In this document: piece after piece, positions 14,522 through 31,381 of the stretch
How positions within the stretch are numbered: position 1 is the first letter of the stretch
How the letters are laid out: every line of letters starts with the position of its first letter
DNA from: Lingula anatina
Taxonomy: Eukaryota; Animalia; Brachiopoda
Assembly: GCA_051362555.1 (NCBI GenBank)
Contig: JBPQGU010000016.1
Coordinates: 5,332,001-5,396,000, forward strand
Direction: 5' to 3'
DNA length: 64,000 nt
Notes under the pieces: model-generated
Database searches by the model: none
What the model was told of the DNA's origin: nothing
Seen by the model: the letters and a program-made list of their open reading frames with translations, nothing else
Made by a program: the position numbers and the translations under genes

Positions 14522-17500
14522 GTTATGGTGGATCATTTCCTACACTTCGGTTTTATATTTTATTTGATATAATTGCCATCGATCTTGATCGGCACAGATC
14601 TGCCAGTGATCACGTGCGAGAGAGCACGCATGCCCGTAAAACATTTTGATAGTTTAAATTTAGTAGCCCAAGTTTGTCTTTAGCAAAGTAAATCTCATGA
14701 AACCATATCCCATGTTTCCATCCTTTGTAATGGCCATGTTTCCATTGTCAAGATACACCTCTGATATGAATTTAATGCAATTGTAATGAAGACAAGCGGG
14801 GTCTAGTTTCAGGTAATACATGTAGTTGTATTTATCGTTCTTATGGTATTGACCAGTATGGAAAGGACCCTTTTTGTTGCTTGATATGAAACCATGGATC
14901 TGACTTTGAAGTTAAGTTGAAAGATTGACTACATATATCTGGTATCGGTGTTTTCTAAATATAATGTCCACTGGTCCGAAATGAAACCTGAACCCAGGGT
15001 ATGGGACCATTGACAAAGCCGCCTCTCCTTTATTGGGAGAGGTATATCAAGCGTAAAAAGTCAACTTTGAAATTTACCACATTATTTGAAAACAGGATCA
15101 AGTTGGTCAGTAGGTTGAAAATAGAATAGCAGTAAAACAAATATACATTGACCGTTGCAATAAAGTCACTCAGACTAGAAGTTGGTATCTAACCAATATA
15201 CATCGATAGCACAAAAAGACTGACCCCGTGTCTACAATATTGTCTACAATGTCTACAAAACTGGGTGTGTGGTTGTTAGAGAGTTGCAGGTGAATCTGTA
15301 GGCTACTTCTGTGCTTATATTGGTCACATATTTCTCATCAGACGCAGTGCATTTTTTTTTTATTCAGAAAAAAAACATCCTTTACTTTTATCCAGTACTT
15401 TACATTGGAAACAGCAAACTTTCAATTAAACAATTATTTAAATAAAGATCCCTGTAGTAAATTCTTATTCTGCAAAACACGCATCAAAAAACAATAAAAA
15501 CGGAACTTAAACGACTTCTAACTGTCAGTTGTACATTGTACATGTACCATATTCTCGCTTCTAATTTACGGGCACTGCAATAGTTAATGTCATATTGAAT
15601 AACTAGAGGACTTGACAATACAGTTCGTGATTTACCTCTTGCTTCTGTTCCCCTTTTACGAATATTGGAAAACAACTAGAGTGGAACGCTCTTATGTGAT
15701 CTAAAGAAGTGTTTAAATGGCTATCAAAGGCAGGTAAATTACTCGTGACAACAAAATTCCAATAGCCAATCCACAGACTAATAGGATCCAATTGATCAAT
15801 CTTACACACTCTGGCACAATTGATTTGCCACCTGATCCTTTGTTTGCAAAATGTCAAAATAAAAATTGATCTCAGCAACCGATGTTAGATGCGGGCAGAC
15901 GAACATGTTTTTTTTTTTTTTTTTTTGGGGGGGGGGGGGCTCGTGTTCGAGAACAGCTGTAATATCCAAGAAGAAGCTTTCCCTTGATGAAGAATAGTCT
16001 CGTTCTTTGTCTCTCCGTAACCAAATATCCTAAAATATTTAAACTGCTATAGTGATGCTATTAACCTACCTCGTACCCTCTTTAGCGACATCTACATACT
16101 CCTTGAACGGTAGATTGAATAAACAAGAACATGAGAATACCAAAAAAAAATTATCGGTTTTGGCTGAAATTTTAAAGCACGACAGAACAGCCTGAGGATG
16201 TTAAGTGTGCAAATACCATCGACAGAAACCAAAACAAGCAGGAAAATGTTGCTATGGGCGAGTGACGATTTATTACGTTCTTACAGTTTGCCACGGCGTT
16301 AAGTACTCGCACGTGTGGACAGCTAAAGTGATTACTGCAACTGAGACATGAGACGATAAAAAACCAAAACAAATTAAATGAAACAACAGACTGAAAAGCC
16401 CATTACAAATGTAATGCTGCACTCAATCAGTGTCGCTTTTTAAAGCATTTTTTTTAAAGAGGCATCTTTAAATTCAGAATTTATGACACAAAATAATATA
16501 TAATAATTATATCAAAAAATCCACTTTTCAAATACTGTCGCTGTGTCGTAAAGATATATCTCCAACAAATAAAATGGACATTTCAAAGGTGTCACTTAAA
16601 CAAACGACGTGTATTTCTACCATTGAAAATACTTCAAATTATAAATATTCTATTTCAATCAAAATTCAATTTCCTCTTCAAGCGCTTATATCATTTTGTC
16701 CTTTTTTTCCCGACCATATAGATGTTTTAGTCAGTTATAGAAAAACTTTGAGATATTCAGTCCCCATTATTTAGTCCTCAGTATTCTGCCCTTAATATTT
16801 GCAGTTTACAACTTCACATTTTAACCCTGTTTGTTGAGCGTCAGACCACCCTCCCATTTCTGCCGCCAGCACTCTATGTTTGTAGTGTAAGGCTCCCCAG
16901 TTTTTCAATTTTTCTTTCCCAACTTCCAGCCATTTTTTGACGCTACCCTTTCTCTTTTGTTCTTTAATTTTCCCAGTCAATTAAACGTCGGACCATAATG
17001 CTCTATGTACGTCTGTCTTTCATTTTTGCGGAATAAATCACTTATTATACATACATAGAATGAGCTAAGTTTACGGTTACTCAACAGTAGAACTAACGCG
17101 CTGTACAAAATTTAATTTAAAAAATAAGAAACTCCAGCTCCACTTTAACAGTGTATTACTTTCAACCTACCTTGTCCTCTCCCCTGTAGCGTCTGTCACA
17201 CTGGTATTTCTAATAACATTATCAGTTGGTTTCAGATACCTCGCGGACATAGTGTATGTATTCTGTTTTACGTCAAAAATGATCGATTCTACAACATCGG
17301 GTGACTTAATTCAATAATTGACAGTGTCACCGTGTCACCGTACTATTGACACTCACGACACCTTTGATACAGTCAGCTGGGAGACCGTGTTGATTTAGCC
17401 TCCCTGTCCAACGCTGCCCTTATAATAGTCTAGAGAAGGTGGTTCGGACACACGGGTGGCGGTCAGCTGTCGTGTTAGCCCTAAGATTGCTATAGTTTAC

Positions 17501-20325
17501 CGGGATCAATACCGTATAACACACACCACAACGCCAGATAAACCGCTGAAAGAGCGACATATCTGAACTTTCGATTACCTAAGCAAACCGGGTGAATTAG
17601 AAGGTTAATAAAACGCGTTATCGGAATTAATTCATTTATTGGGAAAACAAAAAGGAACCATTCATCATTCTTGACTGAAATTGTAATGATTTAGGCACAT
17701 TTGGCATCTTGGGTTGCTCTAGCAACAAGTACTGAGGAAGATTTATACACAAAAGTAGAATATTAATGTGTTATTTGAAAGGGTTAAGGCAACAAAACTG
17801 AACTATCCAACACATTTATTGCAACACAGCTGTGGAACGTCTCCAATTAAGATGAGGCTTGTTCATAAATATTAGCGTTCAAAGAATCTATCTCTATACT
17901 TTTGGTACAAGAAAGATACCTTTTTCGTTAGATCGAAATCGATAAATGGAAAATACGATATAGTTTTTTAAATGTGCAGAAAGTTATAACCTTACATGAA
18001 TCAATTTTCATAAGTCAATAAGTCGGTTTTTCTGCCGTTTCTGTGATTTCCAATTAAGCACTTGAATCTGTATTTCTCAAAGACTATAAAACATATGTCA
18101 ATGTCCCACTGAGGTTGACAAGCAACACCATGAGAAGAAATGCTATGGCATTAAAAAGGGATATCTTATATAAAATGAAAAAAACATCGGTGAGTTCTAT
18201 TTACATTTCCTTCACTCGTTATGCTGTATGTGCATCAACTGCTTCAGCAGACGTCTCTATAGCTCAATAAACATCCAGCAATCATATGAGATAAGCTAAC
18301 TTATGAAATAGCAAGAGTTACGATCCAAATATAATTTATCTGATAATTAAAAAGATTAAACCATTATATATTTATCAATAATTCCGTGTACGTAAATCAT
18401 TCCTGATTCCATACTTACGAGCCGAATTACTAATCTTCACCTTGTCATCTTACGCTATCCCCCATATGTTAGAATATCCATTATCTTCTGCCCACAGATC
18501 CAATTTAATTCATATGTATTTTCTCCTCGTAGCTGCCGGCTGACACTGGGTTGCCAACAACATATTCCACGCGGTGATAAATTAGAGCATGACATCAGTA
18601 AATAGGACGACAACATCACACTATGTTACAGTCAAGGCGACAGCGTATAAGATTAGAAGTTGAAAAGTGGGCAAACGTTTCTTTAAAAAGGTTTCGATAA
18701 GAGTTTACCTTAGAGTTAAGTGGATTGCGTCAAAAGGTCGTCCAGATTAGACAGTCGTTATTGACTTAAGGCGCCAGAGGTCGCCACGAGCCAAGACGCG
18801 GTTGTCATTTACTATACAGGCTATCAAATCATTAGTTGAAACGTCTTCTCTGATGGATAATTAATACTGGCACATTTATAATAGATATTAATAAATACTG
18901 TCAGGTGTTTCTTGTCTAATGCAATGCAATCAATGGAATCTGATAACAAAAATAAGATATTTTGTTTTAGCAGGGCATCTCTATCAAGTTATAGATCGTG
19001 TGGAGGAATCGTGTATAAGATACATATTGGCTTGAGATTAATCATATTTCTGGGTACTTACAGAATTTATCAACATGATATTGTTATCTTTAGTTTTTTA
19101 TAACTGAAAAAAGCATAAAATATGCATGTACAGGAGACCCAAGTTGTTAGACAAAAATAAACGGATGCTCTGATAATACTGGTAACTTTTATTTTAGGGT
19201 ATATGACGACAGGAAGCTAATGGAGTAATGACATTGTGTAAAAGTCGCCAATTAACTGTGACTCTGGGTTTTTTACCCGTCCATTGTGTTCCCCCACCCA
19301 CCAAAAGCCTCAATGCGGTGACTCCTGTACAGCATGGATCAGTGACAATGAGTAACAAGCCGATGACTTACCTTTCGCTGATAATTTCGGCTGCAAAGCC
19401 GGGCTTTCCCTCTGCAGACGTACCAACTTTCTGCTCGTTTTAGTTGAACCATTAACTTTCTCTGTGTTCCAATGTTCCCTGTGTAAGTGTGCTTAATATT
19501 CATTAACCTCCCAGGGTGCAGCCATTACCTTGATTTACTATTAATACGTCGTTTGCAGTATTATGTTTTCGAGTCATTTTTCTCGTTGTGACTGAACCCT
19601 AGCCAAAGTTGGCCTAAAATGTGGTGTACTTCTTACATCGCCTCAGCAAGGACACAAAGCAGAGAGTTGAAATGGTTTCCATGTGACTTTGAACAGTCTG
19701 GTAATATTTAGGCACGATATACCTTTTTACTTCAGGTTAGACGTTTTGAATGCATGCCCCCTAGCGTGACTCTTTGGTTTATTTCACACACAATAATGCT
19801 TCTTCACAAACACTCACATTACAAGCGCCAGTAGCGTGCTTCACGCACAAAAAATAAAGACCGAAATTTGGTATTAGCTTTAAAACGTGCAAAACATGGC
19901 TTAGTTTAATTCTTAGCCCAATACGTGTAACCAAAACTAATATTTGAGTAAAACATTAGATTGGTCTTTTTATACGACAAGCACACTATTTTATTTTAAT
20001 TGACGGCTTTTGATTATCTCAGGTAAATGTAGGTGTTTAAAACAATATCAGCTTTCGGAGTTTTAACTCTAGGATATTACAAATATGTCTAAAACTCGAT
20101 TTTTAGTTTTTTATACGTTAGAAATAAACAATATTGTATCTAATACTCAATTAAGTTATATTTGTGAAACACGGACTAAAAATATACATTTGGAAGAGTT
20201 TTTCTACCTGTCCTGACTGGTACGGGTGGCAGGCATTAGGCCGCCGCCTCCGTTGTCAAGCACCGTTACTATGGGGGCGGGGCAAGAATGGTTGTCTGCA
20301 TTTGTACTATAATTAAGTGTCTCTG

Positions 20326-20675
20326 CTAAGGTAACTCCAAGATATTTATAAGACTTTTCATAATCAAGTGGCACTCCACCGCAATTAAACTGAAAGTTAC
20401 TCCTTTCAACACCTGGTTTTTTCTAAAATGTACGATTTTTGTTTTCTTTTGGTTAACAAATAAACTCCATTTATAAGACCACTCACTTAGCTTATCAAGC
20501 ATAGCTTGCAAGTTTTCCTCAGTAGGAGCAATAAATACCACATAATCTGCATATAATAATATATCTATAAAGTTTTTTCCTACTTCAACACCTTTCGAGA
20601 TCCGTTTTATCTCTTGCGCTAAGTCATTAATGTATAAGGCAAATAGGGTTGGTGATAGATTATCACCTTGTCGTA
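20326..20675 (-). mobile_element. Non-LTR retrotransposon (CR1/L2-like) RT fragment abutting STING copy 1
   Basis: Translates to RQGDNLSPTLFALYINDL...ILLYADYVVFIAPTEENLQAMLDKL...VNQKKTKIVHF, which are RT motifs with a degenerate YADD. Confidence 0.85.
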
Positions 20676-21209
20676 TAAAATGGACAAAACAAGCCATATT
20701 TCCACATTGTGAACAGGAGTACAGATAAATCCGGACGAAGAGAACAACCAATAATACAGGCAGCTCTATTTAATAAGGTAAGAACATGTATTCAGGTACA
20801 GGTACAGTGCCTTCCAAAAAATGACAGTTGTAACAGGGGCTTGATACGTTTACATTCATTTTGATCTGGATAATGAGATTGAGTTTCATGTCCCTACACT
20901 GTATACATCTAAGGAGCAACATAACATGTAATATATAGCCTAAGGTGAGGGTATTGTTCGAACAAATCTTTTAACTTGATAGTTTATCCGGTTTTCTTAA
21001 AGTCACCCCTTTTCAATTCCATTTTTTTATAAGCCGTCAATCATATTTTATTATTATTATTCTTATCATTATTATTATTATTTCTCGTGAAATGTGTCAG
21101 CCGCCTTTTTTCAATGTTTAAATTAATTTATTTCGATGGTTTATTTGTTTTTGTCCTCATATTTGAATGATTTAGAATAACTCACGATATCTATTAATTT
21201 CAGTTCACG

Positions 21210-24235
<3,026 letters not shown>

Positions 24236-25637
24236 GCAGACTAAAACATCGACATCTGAGGTGCTGATATTTGAGAAATCTGTGCTCAAGATTTGACACC
24301 TTTACAACATATATCATTTACATCAAGTTTTATTGATATATGTTGAAATATATTGACACTTGTGTTACTATAGTAAGTAGGCCAGTAAGGGAATGGAAAT
24401 TAATTTAAGTGATTTTTTTAATTAAGTTGATTATGTCAAAATGACAGTCTCGGTATGTAAAAATTATGGTTGAGATCAACTAGGACATTTACATTGAAGT
24501 TCTTTTCTTCAAATAATGATTTTTCAGTTTTTCTACCTAAAGCCACACTTTTTTATTTTTATGGATGACATCCTCTGGGTACCCCAAAATCGGTGCGAGA
24601 GGGCGAAAAAAAAACAGTCCAATAAAAAAAACTGCATAAGTAAAGGAATGCTGTCAGTACACAGCTGGAAACACAAATTTTACCACAGAAACACGAATTA
24701 AACTAACAATATATCTTTATCCATGCTCTCAAAATATTAAAGCATTGCGAATACTTCGTAGAAATGTATTTAAAGTCACAAATAGATATACTTCATATTA
24801 CCAAATCTATTCAAGGTTATTTCATGCATTTTGTTGGTAAAGCAATTAATAAAACAAATATCAAACAAACAGTGTGTCTTTATTTGTATTCTCAGAATAT
24901 TAAAGCACTTTGAACACTTCACAGAAATGTTTTAAAAATGATGCAAAGATATGCTTAATACTATAGTACCTTTTATTTTGCCAGTACTATAAATGAAGAA
25001 CATACATCTTTTGGGAGTCTAAAAGATTTATTCGTATATTCTTATTTTCCAGTTACAATGCATTCTCTTTTATCCTATAGATCATCATTCCAATGTCATG
25101 ATGTATCACAAAGTCTTTCTCCTACATTACCTTATTTGGTAATGTAATAATTCCTCAGCTCTTACACAATGTCTATGATTATCCCTTTTTCCATAACTTT
25201 CCATCATTACGTCATTACCAAAATATAATCATTCTCTTATTAGGCAATGGTATGTTACTTGACCTTAGGTCGCCATTTCTATTAATACAGATTTTTCATT
25301 GTATCATCCTGAAGGAATGATAACTATACTCCCTTATTCTTTTTTTATTATTGAACAACACATGCACTCTTTAACTTTCTTACTTACACTATTTAACCTC
25401 TTAACAAATGTATATTGTATTATTATGAAAGGTACAATGTATTCATTACAATCACAACTTTGTATCTGTACTTTTAATCATTTTCATTACGATAATACTA
25501 CCAAATCTATTAAAGGTCATTTCGGACGATGCCATTTTGTCTATTTCGACTCACACGCAGCAGCCAAACTGTCAGGTGGCCTGTCCGACCTTCAGCCCAC
25601 CACCCTTGTCGACCCTTTTTTCGCTACAGAAAATTTC

Positions 25638-26478
25638 GCTTATGGCGAGCGGGCGCAAGCATGGCGATTCCTCGCTATCCCATATCTCGAAAGGCTCGCA
25701 AATCGCGACCGTGCGCTAATAGCGAAATCACCATTAGTTTTTAGGCTATTATTTGCGTATTATTATTATTTGGCCTCTGCGTATGCATAATTCGTCATTT
25801 TAATGTGTCTTTCATGTAATTAAACATGGCGGCAAGTTTGGGTTGCTAGTCACACAAGTAATAGCATATAACAAAACATATAGATTGAATCACTCGGTGC
25901 CTCTGATAGAAAAACTTGCGGTAAATATTCACGTGAAGAATGCTAAAGTTATATTTTATTATGCATAAAAATTTCAAAATTTAAAGTTTCATGCATCATT
26001 TTATATTTTCTGATGAATATAATTCATCTGTGTTGCCTGTTGATAATAATCATACACAAAATGAAAAAGCAGAAACAAAGCATTCGGTCGCACCGTGACC
26101 TTCCTCAATGTCTATTATTGTGAGACTGAACACTTCCCACCAATGTGTCAGTAATTGTGTCAGTCCAAGCTTCGCTTGTTTTTTGACATTTTATTGGTAT
26201 CAAACACTTCAAATATCAGTATTTGTAATTATGATATTCCTATAAATAAATACAACTTCTTGATTAGCGTCATGGTGAAAAAAATACATTTTGTGTAATT
26301 GTATTATGACGTCTTCACTTTATGCGGCAATCGAATTTTAGTAGAGTTTGAGGTTATAATTGCGTTGCGTTTGCTAAGGCTTCAAGATAACAGGTGGGTG
26401 CAATCGCACTCGCAAATAGCGAGGAATCGCCATCCTCGTGCCCGCTCGCAACATAGCGAAGCTTACGAGATATGGGGC
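25638..26478. mobile_element. Probable non-autonomous DNA element with ~40-bp imperfect inverted repeats
   Basis: GCGAGCGGGCGCAAGCATGGCGATTCCTCGCTAT (~25646) is the near reverse complement of ATAGCGAGGAATCGCCATCCTCGTGCCCGCTCGC (~26416). CCCATATCTCG/CGAGATATGGG is also inverted. Ends and TSD are not resolved. Confidence 0.5.
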
Positions 26479-27231
26479 CCAGATAACCTATATTTCAGCA
26501 GGTGCTGACACTCCTGTCCTCCGCCCTGATATCTTATCACTCCCTGTCCTGAGCCTCGTCACTTATGATATATTACCACGCTCTGTCCTGAGCCTCGTCA
26601 CTGGCCAGCAATATTGATAAAGTGTAATCTAGGCGACATGATCAAGTGAAAAGTAGGCATGCGTGTCCATTAGTCTAAAGCCAGTATAATACTATCTTAC
26701 AAGATTTACCATTATTATACGGATATGTTCACCTTGTTTAAATAGCTAATAGAAAAAGTTTTTTTAATTAAGTTTTTCTATAACTTCTTAAACATCCATT
26801 TATAACTGCTTCATTTACTCTTCATATGTAAACATATATCGAACAGGATTTTTTTTCAAATAAAAAGTGAGATTCCATTACAGCAAAAACCATTTGAATA
26901 ATAAAACTTTTTTAAAAAATATTTCTACAACGTCCATTTATACTTGCTTTACCCATATATCAAAGAGAATAAAAAAACCTCAAATGAAAATCCTGAAATT
27001 TCTGTACCAAAATAACGTTTGCTCTCTAAATATATTTTTAAACAGAACAAAGTTTCCCAAACGGATTTATCACTTTCAATTACTTAAATTACGGCCTTTT
27101 CGTAAAATAGAATTAATCTTATCGAAATCACGATACTTAGCACAACAACAAATTTCCCAAGAGGAATTTTAAGTAAAAAGTTACTGAATCTCTTTTGAAA
27201 TTGTGGTTTACGGGAATATTTAATGTCCCTG

Positions 27232-27420
27232 TGGAAATTTCACTTGCACACCCCTTCCGTAAAAAGTTTGCACCAAAATGCCTTCAATAATACCACGGCC
27301 ATGTCTATGCCTGTCTTTTTATGTAATCAGCGTCATGCAGAGGGGAATTCCCTTCTGCTAAAACTAGGCCATGATTCAAATCTGGAAAACTGTAATTTGG
27401 CGATTGGTAACCGTATAAAA
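27232..27420 (+). promoter_or_regulatory. Putative STING copy 2 promoter: NF-kB site(s) and TATA box
   Basis: GGGGAATTCCC at 27342-27352, TGGAAATTTCAC at 27232-27243 and TATAAAA at 27414-27420, followed by a short exon ending AAG|GTAAG at 27517. Confidence 0.6.
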
Positions 27421-27961
27421 TGGACAAAGCAAGCCATATTTCCACATTGTGAACAGGAGTACAGATAAATCCGGACGAAGAGAACAACAAATAATACAGG
27501 CAGCTCCATTTAATAAGGTAAGAACTTGTATTCAGGTACAGTGCCTTCCAAAAAAATGACAGTTGTAATAGGGGCTTGATACTTTTACATTCCTTTTGAT
27601 CTGGATAATGAGATTGAGTTTCATGTCCCTACACTGTATACATCTAAGGAGCAACATAACATGTAATATATAGCCTAAGGTGAGGGTATTGTTCGAACAA
27701 ATCTTTTAACTTGATAGTTTATCCTGTTTTGTTAAAGTCACCCCTTTTCAATTCCGATTTTTTATAAGCCGTCAATCATATTTTATTATTATTATTCTTA
27801 TCATCATTATTATTATTATTATTATTTCTCGTGAAATGTGTCAGCGCTAAGCTGCCTTTTTTTCAATGTTTAAATTAATTTATTTCGATGGTTTATTTGT
27901 TTTTGTCCTCATATTTGAATGATTTAGAATAACTCACGATATCTATTAATTTCAGTTCACG

Positions 27962-28969
27962 ATGACCGCAGCAGCCTCCGACATAAAGAACAGTATGGGC
28001 TACGGCCTGGCCTGGTCTTATTACTACGGCTATCTGAAACTGATTTTACCCGGTAAGTGATCTTATTACTACGGCTATCTGAAACTGATTTTACCCGGTA
28101 AGTGGTCTTATTACTACAGCCATCTAAAACTGATTTTACCCGGTAAGTGGTCTTATTACTACGGCTATCTGAAACTGATTTTACCCGGTAAGTGGTCTTA
28201 TTACTACGGCTATCTAAAACTGATTTTACCCGGTAAGTGGTCTTATTACTACAGCTATCTGAAGCTGATTTTACCCGGTAAGTGGTCTTATTACTACGGC
28301 TATCTGAAACTGATTTTACCCGGTAAGTGGTCTTATTACTACAGCTATCTGAAGCTGATTTTACCCGGTAAGTGGTCTTATTACTACGGCTATCTGAAAC
28401 TAATTTTACCCGGTAAGTGGTCTTATTACTACGGCTATCTAACTAGTAAGGTTAATATAGCAAAAAGAATCCCAGTCGCTGTTATGAATTAACAGAGAAA
28501 TATTATGATTGAAGTACAAATCGTCGAAATAAATAGGTACTATTAAGGACTCGATACAGTTAACGACAAAAATATTTAAATTATTACCCCTTTACAGGTA
28601 AGATGTGGACAGTTCCAAGAAGTCAATTTGAACAAAATTGATTTTTTAATTAGTAACTGGATATCAGATTTCTTTAAAAAATAACAAAAATATTCTTTCA
28701 CCCGTCCTCAGGTCTAGCTGACAGAGTAAAGACGTCAACTTTTTGGGACGCTAGCAACCAACGCATCGCCCCCAAACTGTTCATCCTGCTGCCCACCTCG
28801 TGTTTTGCGCACCCCACCCTCACAGACGGGGATTCCGCGGTCCAACCCGGGGCGCACCTTGCCGAGTTCAAGGCCAACCGGTCAGGAAATCCGCAGAGAG
28901 TGTACAGAAATTTTGTCTATAAAGTGACCTCGGAAGATGGGCAGGTATGTGATCAGGTCTCTCTCTCTA

Positions 28970-29025
<56 letters not shown>

Positions 29026-29562
29026 ACTGTCTTTCTCTCTCTCTCACTTCAAGGCTTGTTAAATTTATTGAAATGGAAATGAGTAGTTGTCATGAATTAA
29101 AGCATTCCCTTTATCTGGTCTGCTCGTAGGATTACTACTGTGTGGCGGAATATGCCACACCCCTTCTCACGCTGTTTGAGATGGAAGAAGACACACTGGC
29201 TGACCTGTCACAGGAGGAAAAACTGAAACAACGGGCAATTTTCAAGTCCACCTTGTTGGATATTTTAACCAGACCTGGGGTCAAGGAATGTCAGGACGCA
29301 TGCGTACTTCTTGATGTGGATGGTAAGAATAAAAAACACTTTCGTTATATATTTGTCCAGTTTGTAATTATTTGTTGGGCCCCTGTTTATCATTATTATC
29401 AGTTGAAATGATTTCACTGTAAAGTGGCGAATTATATTCTAATTATTTTTTATAATCAAGTCACTTTTTACCACAGTCAAATTATTTCCAGATGCCCCTA
29501 ATTCGGCTACATCGCTCTCCCAGCTGCTATTGCTGGCCATCCAGAGGGAATTGGAAAACTAA
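27962..29562 (+). CDS. STING1: STING-like protein copy 2 (195 aa, CDN-binding domain only); coding exons 27962-28052, 28712-28944, 29130-29322, 29492-29562
   Basis: Near-identical to copy 1, with the same exon sizes (91/233/193/71), an intact frame and GT-AG junctions. Confidence 0.9.
28013..28440 (+). repeat. 45-bp exon-end + donor tandem repeat (8 extra full units plus a partial one) at STING copy 2 exon 2
   Basis: CCCG|GTAAG recurs at 28053, 28098, 28143, 28188, 28233, 28278, 28323, 28368 and 28413. Confidence 0.95.
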
Positions 29563-30921
29563 GCAGACTAAAACATCGACATCTGAGGTGCTGATATTTG
29601 AGAAATCTGTGCTCAAGATTTGACGCCTTTACAACATATATCAATTTACATCAAATTATATTGATATATGTTGAAATATATTGACACTTGTGTTACTATA
29701 CTAAGTAGGCAAGTAAGGGAATGGAAATTAATTAAAGTGATTTTTTAAATTAAGTTAATTATGTCAAAATGACAGTCTCGATATGAAAAATTTTGATTGA
29801 TATCAACTAGGACATTTACATTGAAGTTCTTTTCTTCAAATAATGATTTATCAGTTTTTCTACCTAAGTGCTCGAAAAATAAAAACAGAAATCATTAAGG
29901 ACACGATAGTCCATAGTCCACTAAATAAGACAGTTTTAGTTGCAAAGAACATACGCAAGGTCAGTATTTTTACATTTTCATTTTCTGTATTTCACTACAT
30001 TGCTGTAAGCGTTTTCCAGTGTTGACTTTCCATCTGTGGCGATGTAGATGATAACAATGTTCTTATCACGCTTTGTGAAACTTGGAATATCTTATATATC
30101 TGCATGATCATTTTCGATGTAAAAGCAAATAATGATTCACTTGGATCAATTAGTTTGTTCTTTTAGGTTTTATATTTGTCTTTAATTATAAAACCAAAAG
30201 TTTATTCTGTAATATTTATTCTAGACGAAGTAAATCTATGATGAAAAAAGTGTTTAATCTATAAATGTGTTTGTCCGAAAAATCATTTCTTTTGATTTCT
30301 AATCACAAACAAAACACATTTTATCCAATTCAATTTGATGTCGAATGAAAGGAAAAACGAAATCAAAGCATAACAAGATTTAAACAGCTTTCCAAATATA
30401 ATGAGAGAATCAGTACAAAGTGAGTTGCCAAATTTGGTTATTTTCCCTTTGAAGTAATAAACTTCATACCATCGTAAGGGTCTATGGACCAGGTTCTTGG
30501 CAAAAATAAACACATGAAGACTCCTTCATACAGTACTCAAATTCTACTTCTGGCTCCTCAGCCTTCTCAAGTAGTGTTGGAGCAGAACACTCTTCCCGGG
30601 TCAGATTAGAATAGCAATGTGAAAAGAAAGGCAAAGAGTTTATTTAAATAAACCTGCGGATATCTTCCAAATATAGAACGATAAAAGTCTTAATTAAACC
30701 GTGACAGTGACATTTTTATGTGTTATTTTTGTTATATTGAATATAAAAAAGGATGCTTTAGAAACACGAGGATACTACATAGAATGGAACAATGCCTCCC
30801 CGTGCATCTTTCATTTCATGGCTGTTATTAAGTAACAGTCACTGAAAACATTGTCCTTCCTATTACTCTACCTCACAAAAGTCTGCATATACAACTGAAT
30901 CCACAATAGGAACAGAATATT

Positions 30922-31163
30922 TCACTGTGGAGGCTGTGCATAGAGGCAGTCTTTTCCTTGGTATGTGATCATCGGTTCATTCAACCATTCCGTAAATCCG
31001 GCATCTTTCACAAATTGCTTGACCTTCTGATCGTACTTCAGCTTGAAGGCTTCCAGATCCCGTGTCAACACAAACAGGGTGACCCGGAAGTTATCTGTGA
31101 CCATTGCATACTCGTACTGGCCACCGGTAGAAAACGTCTGGGGACCCAGCTTAATAATCCAAT
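30922..31163 (-). pseudogene. Orphan duplicate of the lipocalin last exon (intact ORF; pseudo-exon or alternative terminal exon)
   Basis: 242 nt, like 37764-38005. Translates WIIKLGPQTFSTGGQYEYAMVTDNFRVTLFVLTRD...CLYAQPPQ* with an intact acceptor. No exon 1-3 copy is present in unit A. Confidence 0.7.
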
Positions 31164-31331
31164 CTGACGAAAAAAAATTACAACGGGCTCAAAAAGTTAC
31201 GCAATACTTCGTTTAGGCTGTATCCATTAAAATCATCTCTGCCTTATACACAGACTTAAAGCAAATGTTTACTGAACTGCAGAGGAATTTAGCATTCTAT
31301 TATATTATCCGTAATTTGCGGTTGCTTTCAG

Positions 31332-31380
<49 letters not shown>

Positions 31381-31381
<1 letters not shown>

